From an uncultured bacterium (GTDB taxonomy: Bacteria > Armatimonadota > Hebobacteria > CAYNSX01), in assembly GCA_964400165.1 (NCBI GenBank), contig CAYNSX010000003.1, positions 1 through 62,519 of the forward strand: a DNA stretch of 62,519 bases. The letters run 5' to 3'. The translations under genes were made by a program, and so were the position numbers. This document shows positions 18,153-28,419 of this stretch, piece after piece. Below the pieces are notes generated by a model, which worked only from the letters and a program-made list of their open reading frames with translations, was not told the DNA's origin and did no database searches. Each line of letters starts with the position of its first letter. The first letter of the stretch is position 1.

Positions 18153-19298
18153 CTAGGCGAACAGTTCCGGGTGCTTTAGCCCGGTGCCCGTGTTGAGCAG
18201 CACGACCGAGGCATCGGCGCCGACCCAGCCGTTAGCCCGCAGGGCGCGCAGCGCCGCCAGCGTCGCGGCGCCTTCCGGGCAGACCAGCAGCCCTTCGCTC
18301 GCGGCGAGGTCGCGGGCGGCGGTGCGGATGTCGTCATCGGCGACGGCGATGGCCGTGCCATTCGACTCGCGCAGGATGCGCAAGAGCAGGAAATCGCCGG
18401 CGCTGCGCGGGACGCGCAGGCCGGGCGCGATGGTGTCCGGCTGTTCTACCGCTATGCACTCGCTTGCGCCCGCCTCGAAGGCACGCACCAGCGGCGCGCA
18501 CCCGACCGGCTGCACCGCCACCATCCGCGGCGGCACATCGCTCACCCACCCGGCCGCGCGCAGTTCCTCGAACGCCTTCCACAGTCCGATCAGTCCGGTG
18601 CCCCCACCAGTGGGATAGATGATGACATCGGGCACCTGCCAGCCGAGTTGCTCGGCCAGTTCCAGGCCCATCGTCTTCTTGCCCTCGACGCGGTAGGGCT
18701 CCAGCAGCGTGGACAAGCCGAACCACTTCTCTGCCGCGGCGCCCTCGCGGGTCTTGGCGCCGCCGTCGGGCAGCGAGGCGCACTCGCGGATCTCCGCGCC
18801 CGCGGCGCGGGCTTCTGCGATGGTGACAGCAGGCACATCGGGCGGGAAGAACACCGTTGCCGGCAGCCCGGCGCGACGGGCATACGCGGCGAGCGCGGCG
18901 CCGGCGTTCCCCGCCGACGGCGCGGCCAGCGCCCGGGCGCCCAGCCGCTTTGCCATGTTCACCGCCATTGCCATCCCGCGCGCCTTGAAGGTGCCGGTTG
19001 GCAAGCGGCCTTCGTCCTTCAACCACAGCGAGTCCATGCCGAGCGTCCGACCGAGCGTGGGCAGAAGAATCAGCGGCGTCATCATCTCGCCGAGCGTGAC
19101 GGGGCCGCCCGGCATCGGCGGCAGGTACTCGCCATAGCGCCACATCGTCGGCGCACGGTCGCGCAGCGCGTCACTGTCAAATGGCGCGTCCTCCAGGTCA
19201 TAGCGCGCCAGCAGCATCTTCCCGCACGCCGGGCAGACATTGATGAGTTGCCGCCACTCGGCACGCGCGCCGCAGGCAGCGCATTCGAGGTGGGTCAT
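18153..19298 (-). CDS. thrC: Threonine synthase (fold-type II PLP enzyme, short type with an N-terminal zinc ribbon)
   Basis: CAAC...CPAC; LKDEGRLPTGTFKARG (PLP Lys), PSAGNAG, YPTGGGTG, CPEGAA, NTGTGLK. Confidence 0.85.
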   Translation of the reverse strand: MTHLECAACGARAEWRQLINVCPACGKMLLARYDLEDAPFDSDALRDRAPTMWRYGEYLPPMPGGPVTLGEMMTPLILLPTLGRTLGMDSLWLKDEGRLPTGTFKARGMAMAVNMAKRLGARALAAPSAGNAGAALAAYARRAGLPATVFFPPDVPAVTIAEARAAGAEIRECASLPDGGAKTREGAAAEKWFGLSTLLEPYRVEGKKTMGLELAEQLGWQVPDVIIYPTGGGTGLIGLWKAFEELRAAGWVSDVPPRMVAVQPVGCAPLVRAFEAGASECIAVEQPDTIAPGLRVPRSAGDFLLLRILRESNGTAIAVADDDIRTAARDLAASEGLLVCPEGAATLAALRALRANGWVGADASVVLLNTGTGLKHPELFA

Positions 19299-19395
19299 TC
19301 GGCTGTCGGCAGGCACGGTCTTTCCGACTACGCCGCGCCCGATGCCGGTTCCTGTGTGAGCAGGAGCGGCGCGCCCGTCGCCGAACCCGAAGAGT

Positions 19396-22050
19396 ATGCC
19401 CCGGCGTCTCGCATTCGGTGCGCTGCTGCTCGTCTGCGCGGTCTCCGCGCTGCCCGCCCGCGCCGACGAGACGCCGTCCCGGCCCGAGGGCATCGTGACG
19501 CTCCCCGACGGGCGCATCCTGGTCTCCGACACCGGGCACGACCGCCTGCTGATGTACGACGCGGTCTTCGCCAATCCCCGCGAGTTCACATTCCCCGGCC
19601 TGTCGGTGAAGGACCCCGCCGGACTGTCGCTCGCCGGCGACACCGTGCTGCTCGCCGATCGCGGTAATCACCGCATCCTGCGCATCAACCCGAACAAGCG
19701 CACGGTCGAGGTTTTGGGCGAATCGGATCTGACTACACCGTCCAAGGCGCTGGCGCTTCCCAGCGGTGACATCATCGTCAGTGACACCGCGAAGGGCGAG
19801 TTCGTCGTATTCAATTCCAAAGGGAAGTGGCTGATCTTCGGCGGCAAGGGGGACCGACCGGGTCTCTTCATTGACCCTCGCGGGATGGCGGTCGTGGGGG
19901 ATTTGCTCTTCGTCGCCGATTCCGGCAACGGTCGGATACAGGCATTCCGCATTGCTCCCATTCGCGACATCGCGCTCGTAACGGAGCGCACCATCGGCGA
20001 CTTGAACGACCCGCGCGATGTCGTGGCGGTCGGCGACCGCCTCGCTGTGCTCGACAGCGGGAATGGGCGCATCCGCCTCTACTCGGCGACTGGCGACCTC
20101 ATCACCGAAACGACGCTGCCGGTCCTCGATGCGCTGCGCAATCCGTCAGCAATTGCCATCGGGGCGCGCGATACGCTGCTCATCGCCGACACCGGCAACG
20201 ACCGCCTGCTGCAACTCCCGGCGACCCTCGAAGTGCCGGCGCGGCCCGCGGTGCTCGAAGTCCACGACACCGGCGCACACATCCGCTGGGACAGCCCCCG
20301 TGCCGGCAAGGCGGAACTTCGCCATCACCTCGCCGACGCCGGCACCCCCTATCCGACCGACAGCGAGGACGATGTGCCCGTCTCCAGCGGCGGGCAGAGG
20401 CACGAAGTCACCATCAACGGCCTCGAGCCGGGCACGCGCTACCTGTTCCGCGTCACCTTTCCGGGACTGACGGTCGTGCCGGGGCCGGCGCGCTCGCGGC
20501 TCTACGCGTTCACGACACTGCCGGTGCCGCGGCTGAAAACCTTTGTCCGCCTGCCGGTGGCGGTGCTGGTGTATCTGAATGTCGTGAACACGAGCAGCGT
20601 CACGCCCGACGCGCCGCCGCAGCCCCTCGAAGGCGACCCGCGCTTGCAGTACTACAAAGACCAGGTCGCCCGCGGCGTCTTTTTCTATTGGCTCAATTCA
20701 CGGATGAACCTGTGGCTCGATTGCGAGTTCTTCGTCGTCCCGGAGAAGCGCGAGGTGCCCGATTCCGAATTCGTGTACTGGCCCCTGCCTTTTGACTCGG
20801 ACTGGGACAAGGCGCTCGCCGCAAAGGGAAAGAAGCGCGGCGATTACGCGATGCTGGTGGAAATCGTCGGCGAGCGCCGCTGGAACAAAGACACCAAGCA
20901 GTACACCTACAAGACGACGGGCGGGGGCACTTGGGGCATCGACTTCCCGGCGCCCGGCGACCCGGCGCGCTCACGCTTCGGCGGCGGCGGCGACACGGCC
21001 TGGCTCTTCACGCACGAGACGCACCACGCCGTCGATTCCATCTTCGAGCACAGCGGCTACGAGGAGTACTTGTTCAATCACCCGTCGCCGAGCATCGACT
21101 CGGCGCGCAAAACGGGCGAGCACTGGGATTGCAACGCCTACATCCTGCGCCACTGGAGCGCGCGGCAGTACCAGTCCTGCGCGTACGGCGACATTCAGAC
21201 CGTGGTGGACGGCGACCAGGACGGCATCCCCGATGACGAGAACTGGCTGCCGCTCGACGAGGCGCGCTTCGGCTCGACGCCGCTCGCCGTCGAGAGTTGT
21301 GGTTGCGGGATGAGTGACATGGAGGCGGCGCTCACGCGCATTTGGGTGAATGACACGCTGCCGGCGCCGCCGGATGTGCACGCCCGCTACCTCGACCCAG
21401 ACCCGATGAACCCCGACATGGACGGCGACGGCCTGCCGAACGCGCTCGACCCCTACCCGCTGTACGCCGCCAACACGCGCATTCGTCGCGTGACACCGGG
21501 CATCGACGGACACATCAGCGGGGGCGAGTGGGAGGCGTGGCACACGGTCGCGGGCGCCGACGCGGCGGCGGGCTTCGATGCGAAAGTGTACGCGCATTGG
21601 GACGCGGACGCCCTCTACTTCGCCTTTGATCTCTCCCGCCCGATCGCGCAACTGTACGCGCAGATGGACGCCGGCGACGACGGCTGGTATGTGGGCGGCG
21701 ACAACTATTACATTCCCATCCGCATCGCCGACGGCAAGGCGGCGCTCGACGCCGCCGGCCTGCATATCGTGGATGCCTCCGACCCCGACCAATGGCCGCA
21801 CGATGTCCGTGAAAAACTCGGCCCAGCCGAGTTCACTGTCGCCGGCAGCGCGGCCGGACCGCGCTATCACATCGAAGTGCGCATCCCGCGCCAAGACAAC
21901 ACAGGGCTGACTTTGCACCCGGGACAGCGGGTCGGCGTCGGCTTCTATTTCCTGGTGCACGAGCCGGATGGATGGATTTCCGCTTTCGAGCCGTATGCAT
22001 TGTTCGAGATGGAACTGGTCGCCGAGCGCTGGAAGGGACTTCCCCGATGA
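19396..22050 (+). CDS. Secreted mosaic protein: NHL beta-propeller, FN3-like, HExxH metallopeptidase-like, Ca-binding DxDxDG motifs, CBM9/DOMON-like C-terminus
   Basis: 884 aa; signal peptide; about 7 NHL repeats (VSDTGHDR, ADRGNHRI, ADSGNGRI, ADTGNDRL); LEPGTRYLFRV; FTHETHHAVD; DGDQDGIPD, DMDGDGLPN; GHISGGEW...WDADALYFAF. Confidence 0.75.
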   Translation: MPRRLAFGALLLVCAVSALPARADETPSRPEGIVTLPDGRILVSDTGHDRLLMYDAVFANPREFTFPGLSVKDPAGLSLAGDTVLLADRGNHRILRINPNKRTVEVLGESDLTTPSKALALPSGDIIVSDTAKGEFVVFNSKGKWLIFGGKGDRPGLFIDPRGMAVVGDLLFVADSGNGRIQAFRIAPIRDIALVTERTIGDLNDPRDVVAVGDRLAVLDSGNGRIRLYSATGDLITETTLPVLDALRNPSAIAIGARDTLLIADTGNDRLLQLPATLEVPARPAVLEVHDTGAHIRWDSPRAGKAELRHHLADAGTPYPTDSEDDVPVSSGGQRHEVTINGLEPGTRYLFRVTFPGLTVVPGPARSRLYAFTTLPVPRLKTFVRLPVAVLVYLNVVNTSSVTPDAPPQPLEGDPRLQYYKDQVARGVFFYWLNSRMNLWLDCEFFVVPEKREVPDSEFVYWPLPFDSDWDKALAAKGKKRGDYAMLVEIVGERRWNKDTKQYTYKTTGGGTWGIDFPAPGDPARSRFGGGGDTAWLFTHETHHAVDSIFEHSGYEEYLFNHPSPSIDSARKTGEHWDCNAYILRHWSARQYQSCAYGDIQTVVDGDQDGIPDDENWLPLDEARFGSTPLAVESCGCGMSDMEAALTRIWVNDTLPAPPDVHARYLDPDPMNPDMDGDGLPNALDPYPLYAANTRIRRVTPGIDGHISGGEWEAWHTVAGADAAAGFDAKVYAHWDADALYFAFDLSRPIAQLYAQMDAGDDGWYVGGDNYYIPIRIADGKAALDAAGLHIVDASDPDQWPHDVREKLGPAEFTVAGSAAGPRYHIEVRIPRQDNTGLTLHPGQRVGVGFYFLVHEPDGWISAFEPYALFEMELVAERWKGLPR

Positions 22051-22550
22051 GCATCTTCGGCCCCGATCCAGTAACCATCACGCTGCGCATCAACGGGCGC
22101 GAGCAGCACGTCGCCGCCGGTCCGACGACCTCGCTCCTCTCGGTGCTGCGCGACCAGTTGCTGCTGACCGGCGCCAAGGAGGCCTGCGGACAGGGTGAGT
22201 GTGGCGCCTGCACGGTGCTGGTGGACGGCAAGGCCGTGTATGCGTGTCTGCTCTTCGCATTGCAGGCGCAGGGTCGTGCAATCACGACGGTGGAGGGCTT
22301 GAGCACGAACGGCACGCTGCACCCGGTGCAGCAGGCGTTCATCGAAGAGGACGCGCTGCAGTGCGGCTTCTGCATCCCCGGGCAAGTGGTGTCGGCGGTG
22401 GCGCTGTTGCAAGAGAACCCGGCACCGACGCTGGATGAGATCAAGTCGGCGCTGACCGGCAACATTTGCCGGTGCAGCGCCTATCCGCACATCTTCACCG
22501 CAGTGCAGACCGCGGCGGCACGGATGCGAGAGGGAAAGCGCAATGGCTGA
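22047..22550 (+). CDS. Xanthine/aldehyde oxidoreductase family 2x[2Fe-2S] subunit
   Basis: KEACGQGECGACTV, QCGFCIPG, GNICRCSAY; ATG overlaps the upstream stop (ATGA). Confidence 0.93.
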   Translation: MSIFGPDPVTITLRINGREQHVAAGPTTSLLSVLRDQLLLTGAKEACGQGECGACTVLVDGKAVYACLLFALQAQGRAITTVEGLSTNGTLHPVQQAFIEEDALQCGFCIPGQVVSAVALLQENPAPTLDEIKSALTGNICRCSAYPHIFTAVQTAAARMREGKRNG

Positions 22551-24714
22551 CCGCCGCGTGACCCGCGTCGAGGCCGCCGACAAGGTCTCCGGCCGCGCCC
22601 AGTACACCGCCGACCTGCACTTGCCGGGAATGCTGTACGGGCGTTTCGTCCGCTCGCCGCACGCGCACGCCCGCGTCACGAAAGTCGACCTGCGCCCGGC
22701 GCTCGCCATCCCCGGCGTAGTCGCCGTCCTCAGCGCTGCGGATGTCCCCGAGGTGAAGTTCTACGGCGGCAAGAGTCTGCTGTTCGAGCAGACAGTGCGC
22801 TACGAGGGCGACGAGGTCGCTGCGGTCGCCGCCGAGACCCCGGAGGCCGCGCGGCGCGCCGCAGCGGTCGTGCGCGTCGAATATGAGCCGCTCCCGTTCA
22901 CCAGCGCGCTCGACGGCGCGCTGGCGCCCGACGCGCCGCGCCTGCACGATGGCGAGCCGTTCTGGACGCCGTCCTGGGCGACGCGCGAGCGCGGCGATGT
23001 CGCGCGCGGCTTCAAAGACGCGGCGCTCACGCACGAGGCCACATACCACACGGGCACCGAAGTGCACGCCTGCATGGAGACGCACGGCTCCGTCGTCCAG
23101 TGGGAGCGCGACCTGGTCACGGTCTGGGTGTCGACGCAATCCGTGCACGAAACGCGCGCCGCGATGGCGGAACGAATGGGCATCCCGCTCAACCGCCTGC
23201 GCGTCATCTGCGAACACATGGGCGGCGGTTTCGGCTCGAAACTGGAACTGGGCAAGGACACCGTTGCCGCGGCGCTGCTCTCGAAAGCGACGGGCAAGCC
23301 GGTGCGGATGATGCTCGACCGCTACGAAGATTTCATCGCCACCGGCAACCGCTGCGAGAGCATTCAAAACTACCGCGCCGCGCTGACGAAGGACGGACGC
23401 CTGACCGCCATCACGCTCGACGGCTTCGCCGCCAGCGGCGCCTATCCGGCCAACGACAGTCTCATCGGCCCTGCCTGGCACTATTACGCTTGCCCGAATG
23501 TGCGGGCGCAGTCGCAGATGGCGTATGTGAACGCCGGCCGCGCCCGCGCCACCCGCGGCGTCGGGATGGTGATGGGCACCGCGGGGTTCGAGGGGTTTGT
23601 CGATGAATTCGCCGCGCTGGCCGGCCTCGATCCCATCGAGTTCCGCCTCCGAAACTACGCCGAGCAGGGCGCCAGCGGCAAACAGTATTCCGTGAAGCAC
23701 CTGCGCCAATGCTATGAGCAGGGCGCCGCGGCCATCGGCTGGGAACGGCGGCGCGAAGGCGGCATTGCCGAGGGGCACCTGCGCCGCGGCTTCGGCATGA
23801 ACACGGTGATGTGGTGGGGCAACGGCTGGCCGCCCTGTCACGCCGAGGTGCAAATCAACACTGACGGCACCGCCCAGGTCAGTTGCGGCGTGCAGGACAT
23901 TGGCACCGGCACGCGCACGGTCATCGCCCTGGTCGCATCCGAGACGCTTGGCATCGCACCCGAGGCGGTGCGCGTCATCATCGGCGACACCGAAAAGACG
24001 CCCTACGGCCCCGGCAGCCACGGCAGCGGTACGCTCGCCGGCGCCGGCCCGGCGGTGCGCCAGGCGGCGGAAGCGGCGCTGGCGCAGGTGCTGGCTGCCG
24101 CGGCCAAGTCGCTGGAAGCGAAGCCCGCCGACCTCGAACGGCACAACGGCGCCTTTGCGCACCGGGACGGGCGCACGGTGGAGTGGAAGGCCGCGTGTAC
24201 TGCGCTGCCCGGCGTCGCGGTCGGGACCGGCGCGGTGTTGGCGACAAACGAAGAAGTCGAAGTCGCGCAGTTCGGTGCGCACTTCGCGGAAGTGACCGTG
24301 GACACGGAGACCGGCCTGATCGAGGTGCAGAAGGTCGTTGCCGTGCACGACTTCGGGCGCGTGCTCAACCCGATGGCGGCGCGCAATCAGATTTACGGCG
24401 GCGTCATCCAAGCGGTGGGCTGGGCGCTGCGCGAGGAGCGGCTGATCGACCGCACCACCGGCCGCGTGCTGAACGCCCGCCTCGGCGACTACAAGGTGAT
24501 GACCGCCGGCGATGTCTTCCCGATCGAAGTGATTATGCTCGACATCCCCGACTTGCAAGCGAACACCCTCGGCGCCAAGGGGCTGGGCGAGCCGCCGCGC
24601 ATCGGCGCCGCGGCGGCGATGCTCAACGCGGTGTCGAACGCCCTGGGACGCCGCGTCCGCTTCCTGCCGATGACGCCCGACCGGATTCTGGCGCTGCTGG
24701 AACAGCCGCAGTGA
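22543..24714 (+). CDS. Xanthine/aldehyde oxidoreductase family molybdopterin-binding subunit
   Basis: 723 aa; KVSGRAQYTADL, HMGGGFGSK, QDIGTGTRT, GSHGSGT, catalytic Glu in AKGLGEPP. Confidence 0.93.
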   Translation: MADRRVTRVEAADKVSGRAQYTADLHLPGMLYGRFVRSPHAHARVTKVDLRPALAIPGVVAVLSAADVPEVKFYGGKSLLFEQTVRYEGDEVAAVAAETPEAARRAAAVVRVEYEPLPFTSALDGALAPDAPRLHDGEPFWTPSWATRERGDVARGFKDAALTHEATYHTGTEVHACMETHGSVVQWERDLVTVWVSTQSVHETRAAMAERMGIPLNRLRVICEHMGGGFGSKLELGKDTVAAALLSKATGKPVRMMLDRYEDFIATGNRCESIQNYRAALTKDGRLTAITLDGFAASGAYPANDSLIGPAWHYYACPNVRAQSQMAYVNAGRARATRGVGMVMGTAGFEGFVDEFAALAGLDPIEFRLRNYAEQGASGKQYSVKHLRQCYEQGAAAIGWERRREGGIAEGHLRRGFGMNTVMWWGNGWPPCHAEVQINTDGTAQVSCGVQDIGTGTRTVIALVASETLGIAPEAVRVIIGDTEKTPYGPGSHGSGTLAGAGPAVRQAAEAALAQVLAAAAKSLEAKPADLERHNGAFAHRDGRTVEWKAACTALPGVAVGTGAVLATNEEVEVAQFGAHFAEVTVDTETGLIEVQKVVAVHDFGRVLNPMAARNQIYGGVIQAVGWALREERLIDRTTGRVLNARLGDYKVMTAGDVFPIEVIMLDIPDLQANTLGAKGLGEPPRIGAAAAMLNAVSNALGRRVRFLPMTPDRILALLEQPQ

Positions 24715-25691
24715 CCGGCAACGGCTGCCGCTATCTGCGCCCCGGTTCGCTCACAGAAGCCATCGCCGCGCTCGCCGAGATGCCCGACGCCCGCCCCTTC
24801 GCCGGGGGCACCGACCTGATGAGCGAGATAGCCGAGGGCATCATCCACCCGCCGCTGGTGGTGGACTTGGGCGGCGTCGCCGACTTGCGCGGCGTCGAGA
24901 CCACGCGTGACGGCACGCTGTCGCTCGGCGCGGGGATGACGCTTTCGGAATTGCACCGCCTGCCGGAAGTGCGCACGCACTACCGCGCGCTCGCCGACGC
25001 GGCGCGTTCCGTCGGCACCGCGCAACTGCGCAACCAGGGCACGCTGGGCGGCAACCTCTGCCAGCGGCCGCGCTGCCCGTATTACCGCAACCCGCTGTTC
25101 AAGTGTCTCAAGCGCGGCGGCGATGCCTGTTATGCGGCGACGGGCGAGAACCGCTACAACGCCATCCTCGGCGGAGAGCCGAGTTTCATCGTGCATCCGA
25201 GCGATTGCGCGCCGGCGCTCGTCGCGCTCGACGCGCAACTGCTCGTCACCGGCCCCGAGGGGGAAGTGGAAGTCGGGATCGCGGACTTCTTCATCCTGCC
25301 GCGGCACTTGGTGGAGCGCGAGAACCGCCTGCAGCCCGGCGAACTCGTCACGCGCATTCTCCTCCCGCCGCCCGATGCGACGAAACGGACGATGTATCTC
25401 AAGTTCACCGAGCGCGCTTGGGACTTCGCGCTCGTCAGCGTGGCGGCATCCCTCACCATCACCGGCGGCGTCTGCGCCGACTCTCGTGTCGTCCTGGGGG
25501 GCGTGGCCCCCTCGCCTTGGCGGGCTTACACCGCCGAACAGGCCCTCAACGGCCAGCGCCTGACGCCCGCCGCTATCGCCGAAGCCGCCCAGCGGGCCAC
25601 TGACGGCGCCGTCCCACTTGAGCACAACGCCTACAAGGTCCGCCTCGCTCAAACCGCCGTCCGGCGCTGCCTGACGGCACTCGCCAACTAG
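24711..25691 (+). CDS. Xanthine/aldehyde oxidoreductase FAD subunit with a PaoB-type [4Fe-4S] insertion
   Basis: AGGTDL, QLRNQGTLGGNLCQRPRCPYYR...CLKRGGDAC, HPSDCAPAL; GTG at 24711 overlaps the upstream stop. Confidence 0.92.
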   Translation: MTGNGCRYLRPGSLTEAIAALAEMPDARPFAGGTDLMSEIAEGIIHPPLVVDLGGVADLRGVETTRDGTLSLGAGMTLSELHRLPEVRTHYRALADAARSVGTAQLRNQGTLGGNLCQRPRCPYYRNPLFKCLKRGGDACYAATGENRYNAILGGEPSFIVHPSDCAPALVALDAQLLVTGPEGEVEVGIADFFILPRHLVERENRLQPGELVTRILLPPPDATKRTMYLKFTERAWDFALVSVAASLTITGGVCADSRVVLGGVAPSPWRAYTAEQALNGQRLTPAAIAEAAQRATDGAVPLEHNAYKVRLAQTAVRRCLTALAN

Positions 25692-25838
25692 CCAATTCCG
25701 GCGATTTCTATGGAATAAGCGAGTAGCGCGGGTATCCCCATTCTCTGCCTGCGCCCGCCGGATTTCGGCGCTGACCCACCCGACACTCTGAAAAAGGACT
25801 GCGGCCATCCGCCCATTGCTCTTGGGCACGGTCGAAAC

Positions 25839-28373
25839 ATGGTGATCAAGAACACGGAGACTCGGCGGCTGATGGAGGCGCGCAGCCGGCCCGGGCCGCG
25901 GCAGCGCACCCTGGCCGGGCTGGCGCATCGCCTCATCTACTCGCCGCGGGACGGCAAGGCCGTCGCACCGCGGGCGCAGCCGCTCATCCCCGAGCCGGAC
26001 CACCTGCAACCGATTCGCCCCACTTCGCTCTACCTCTCCACGGCGCTTGAACTGTATGTGTTTGTCGTCATCGTCGTCGGGTTCCTGACCCTGGCGGTGT
26101 TGTGGTGGAATGAGATGGCGGTGCAGCCGCTGATGTTGTCGGCGTTGGTGCTGGTGGCGTTGAGCGTCGCGGTGTGCGGCGCGCAATTCTCGCCGCGGCT
26201 CGGCACGCTGCCGCTGAACTTCGCCTTCGCCACGCTGGGGCTGCTGACACTGGGCATCCCTGAAGCGATGCTCATCGGCGCGGTCACCGGCGCCGCCGGT
26301 CACTTCCGGCCGCGTGAGTTGGTGTACCCGGGTCTCTTCAAGGCCGCGGTCTTCGCCGTCTCTATGGCCGTCACCGGCGCTCTGTATATGTGGATGGGGA
26401 GTACTGCCGGTGTGTTCCGCGCCCCACACGACATTGCCGCGCTGGCGGTGGCGCTGGGCGGCGGCTTCGCGGTACACACGGTGGCCGTCTCGACTTCCTT
26501 CGCCTTGTCGGGGGAAGGCAGTCTCCTCAATGTTTGGCGCCGGCATTTCTTGTGGACCCTGCCGGGACTGGCGCTGGCCGGCGTCTCCGTGGTGGCCTAC
26601 ATCATGATGGCGAAGCAGCTGTCGCCGCCGGCTTCGATCGCGCTGATTGTGCCGTTCCTGCTCCTGTTCTTCTACGGTGTGCAGAACCACGACCGGCACC
26701 TGCGGCGGCACATTCACCGTGTCACCGAAGCGCACGAGCAGGTCCACGCGCTCTATTGGAACACGCTCGACTCCCTGGCGGGCGCCATCGACGCCAAAGA
26801 CCCCGACAGCCACGGCCCGCGGCTCTCCCGCCTGGTCCGGTACGCACAGGAAATCGGCCACGAACTCGGCCTGTCCAACGATTCCAACCAGGGCGTGCGG
26901 GTCGCCGCCCTGTTGCATGACATCGGCAAGCTCGGCGTCCCCGACCACTTGCTGCACAAGACTTCGGCCCTGACCGACGAAGAGGAGAAGCGCGTGCGCG
27001 AACATGCCGACATCGGCGCGCGCATCCTCGAAGCCGTGGAATTCCCCTGGCCGGTCGCGGAATTGGTGCGAGCGCACCATGAGCAATATGACGGCAGCGG
27101 CTATCCACAGGGCTTGCAAGGCGAGGCCATCCCCATCGGCGCGCGCATTCTGGCGGTCGCCGACGCGTACAGCGACATGACCGACCCGCGCCCGGACCGC
27201 CCGCCCCTGGGCGCCGAACAGGCGCGCGCCGTCATTCTGGAACGCAGCGGCAAGCAGTTCGACCCGGTCGTGGTGGCGGCATTCAACCGCGTTTGGCCGA
27301 CACTTGAGACGGAGTTGCAGCGCGCCGAAGGCATGCGCAATGTCTCCGACGGCGCGGTGCGGCCGCTCTCGGCTGGGTTCCGCGACATCGCCGAAGCCAA
27401 CCGCGAACTCCTGGCACTTTACGAATTGGCGCAGACCATCGGCAGTTCGCTGACCACCGACGAAACGGTCTCGGTGGTGCTGGGCAAACTGAAGCGCATC
27501 CTCGACTTCACCACCGCCGTCCTCTACATCGATGATGGCAAGGGCGGCTTGGTGGCTCGCGGCGCGGAGGGCGAATTCGCCGAGGTCTTCAAGGACCGGC
27601 GCCTCGGCCCCGAGTCCGGTGTGTCGTTCCAAGTGTTCAAGTCCGGCGAGGGGCAACTCGTGGACGACCCGGGGACCGAAGGCGAATTCAACCCCCAAAC
27701 CGGCACGCGCTTCTCGGCGGCGCTGGCGGCGCCCGTCATCGGCAACGATGGGCGGCCCGTCGGGACGCTGACGCTCTACGACCGGCATGCCGGCTATTTC
27801 ACGCTGGACTATCTGCGCCTGCTGAACATCATCGCCCACCAGGCCGCGGTGGCACTGGAGAACTCGCGCCTCTTCGAAGAGACGCGCACCTCGGCGCTGA
27901 CCGACCCGCTGACCGGCTTGCCGAATGCGCGCTACCTGGCGACGCACCTCGACCAGGAACTGGTGATGTGCCGGCGCACCAACCGGCCGTTCGCCGTCCT
28001 CTATCTCGACCTCGACCATTTCAAGCCGATCAACGACACTTTCGGCCACACCACCGGCGACCTCGTCCTGCAACGCGTGGCGCACCTGCTCAAGAGCCAG
28101 ATGCGCGAATACGACATTTGCACGCGCTACGCGGGCGACGAATTCATCGCCGTGCTTCGGGAAACCGGCCGGGCAGCCGCCGAAGATGCGGCCTATCGCA
28201 TCAAGACTGCCATCCGGCAACTCGACCTCGGCTTGCCGCAGCCGCTCAAACTGGGCATCAGCGTCGGCATCGCCTACTTCCCGCAAGACGGCAACTCGCT
28301 GCGCGAGTTGATTGACGCCGCCGACGCCTCGATGTACCGCGACAAGCGCGAGCGGCACGCCGGCCGCACCTAG
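25839..28373 (+). CDS. Membrane-bound c-di-GMP enzyme: multi-TM region, HD-GYP, GAF, GGDEF
   Basis: 844 aa; about 6 TM segments; LHDIGK and HHEQYDGSGYP; GAF-like segment; DPLTGLPN, DLDHFKPINDTFGH, REYD I-site, YAGDEF. Confidence 0.9.
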   Translation: MVIKNTETRRLMEARSRPGPRQRTLAGLAHRLIYSPRDGKAVAPRAQPLIPEPDHLQPIRPTSLYLSTALELYVFVVIVVGFLTLAVLWWNEMAVQPLMLSALVLVALSVAVCGAQFSPRLGTLPLNFAFATLGLLTLGIPEAMLIGAVTGAAGHFRPRELVYPGLFKAAVFAVSMAVTGALYMWMGSTAGVFRAPHDIAALAVALGGGFAVHTVAVSTSFALSGEGSLLNVWRRHFLWTLPGLALAGVSVVAYIMMAKQLSPPASIALIVPFLLLFFYGVQNHDRHLRRHIHRVTEAHEQVHALYWNTLDSLAGAIDAKDPDSHGPRLSRLVRYAQEIGHELGLSNDSNQGVRVAALLHDIGKLGVPDHLLHKTSALTDEEEKRVREHADIGARILEAVEFPWPVAELVRAHHEQYDGSGYPQGLQGEAIPIGARILAVADAYSDMTDPRPDRPPLGAEQARAVILERSGKQFDPVVVAAFNRVWPTLETELQRAEGMRNVSDGAVRPLSAGFRDIAEANRELLALYELAQTIGSSLTTDETVSVVLGKLKRILDFTTAVLYIDDGKGGLVARGAEGEFAEVFKDRRLGPESGVSFQVFKSGEGQLVDDPGTEGEFNPQTGTRFSAALAAPVIGNDGRPVGTLTLYDRHAGYFTLDYLRLLNIIAHQAAVALENSRLFEETRTSALTDPLTGLPNARYLATHLDQELVMCRRTNRPFAVLYLDLDHFKPINDTFGHTTGDLVLQRVAHLLKSQMREYDICTRYAGDEFIAVLRETGRAAAEDAAYRIKTAIRQLDLGLPQPLKLGISVGIAYFPQDGNSLRELIDAADASMYRDKRERHAGRT

Positions 28374-28419
28374 TCCGTCGACTCGCGGTCCCCGTTCCGG
28401 ACGCCTGGCTTGATTCCAG

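Noticed and set aside
25692-25838. Possible c-di-GMP riboswitch upstream of the HD-GYP/GGDEF gene
   Set aside because: No GEMM-I or GEMM-II consensus is visible
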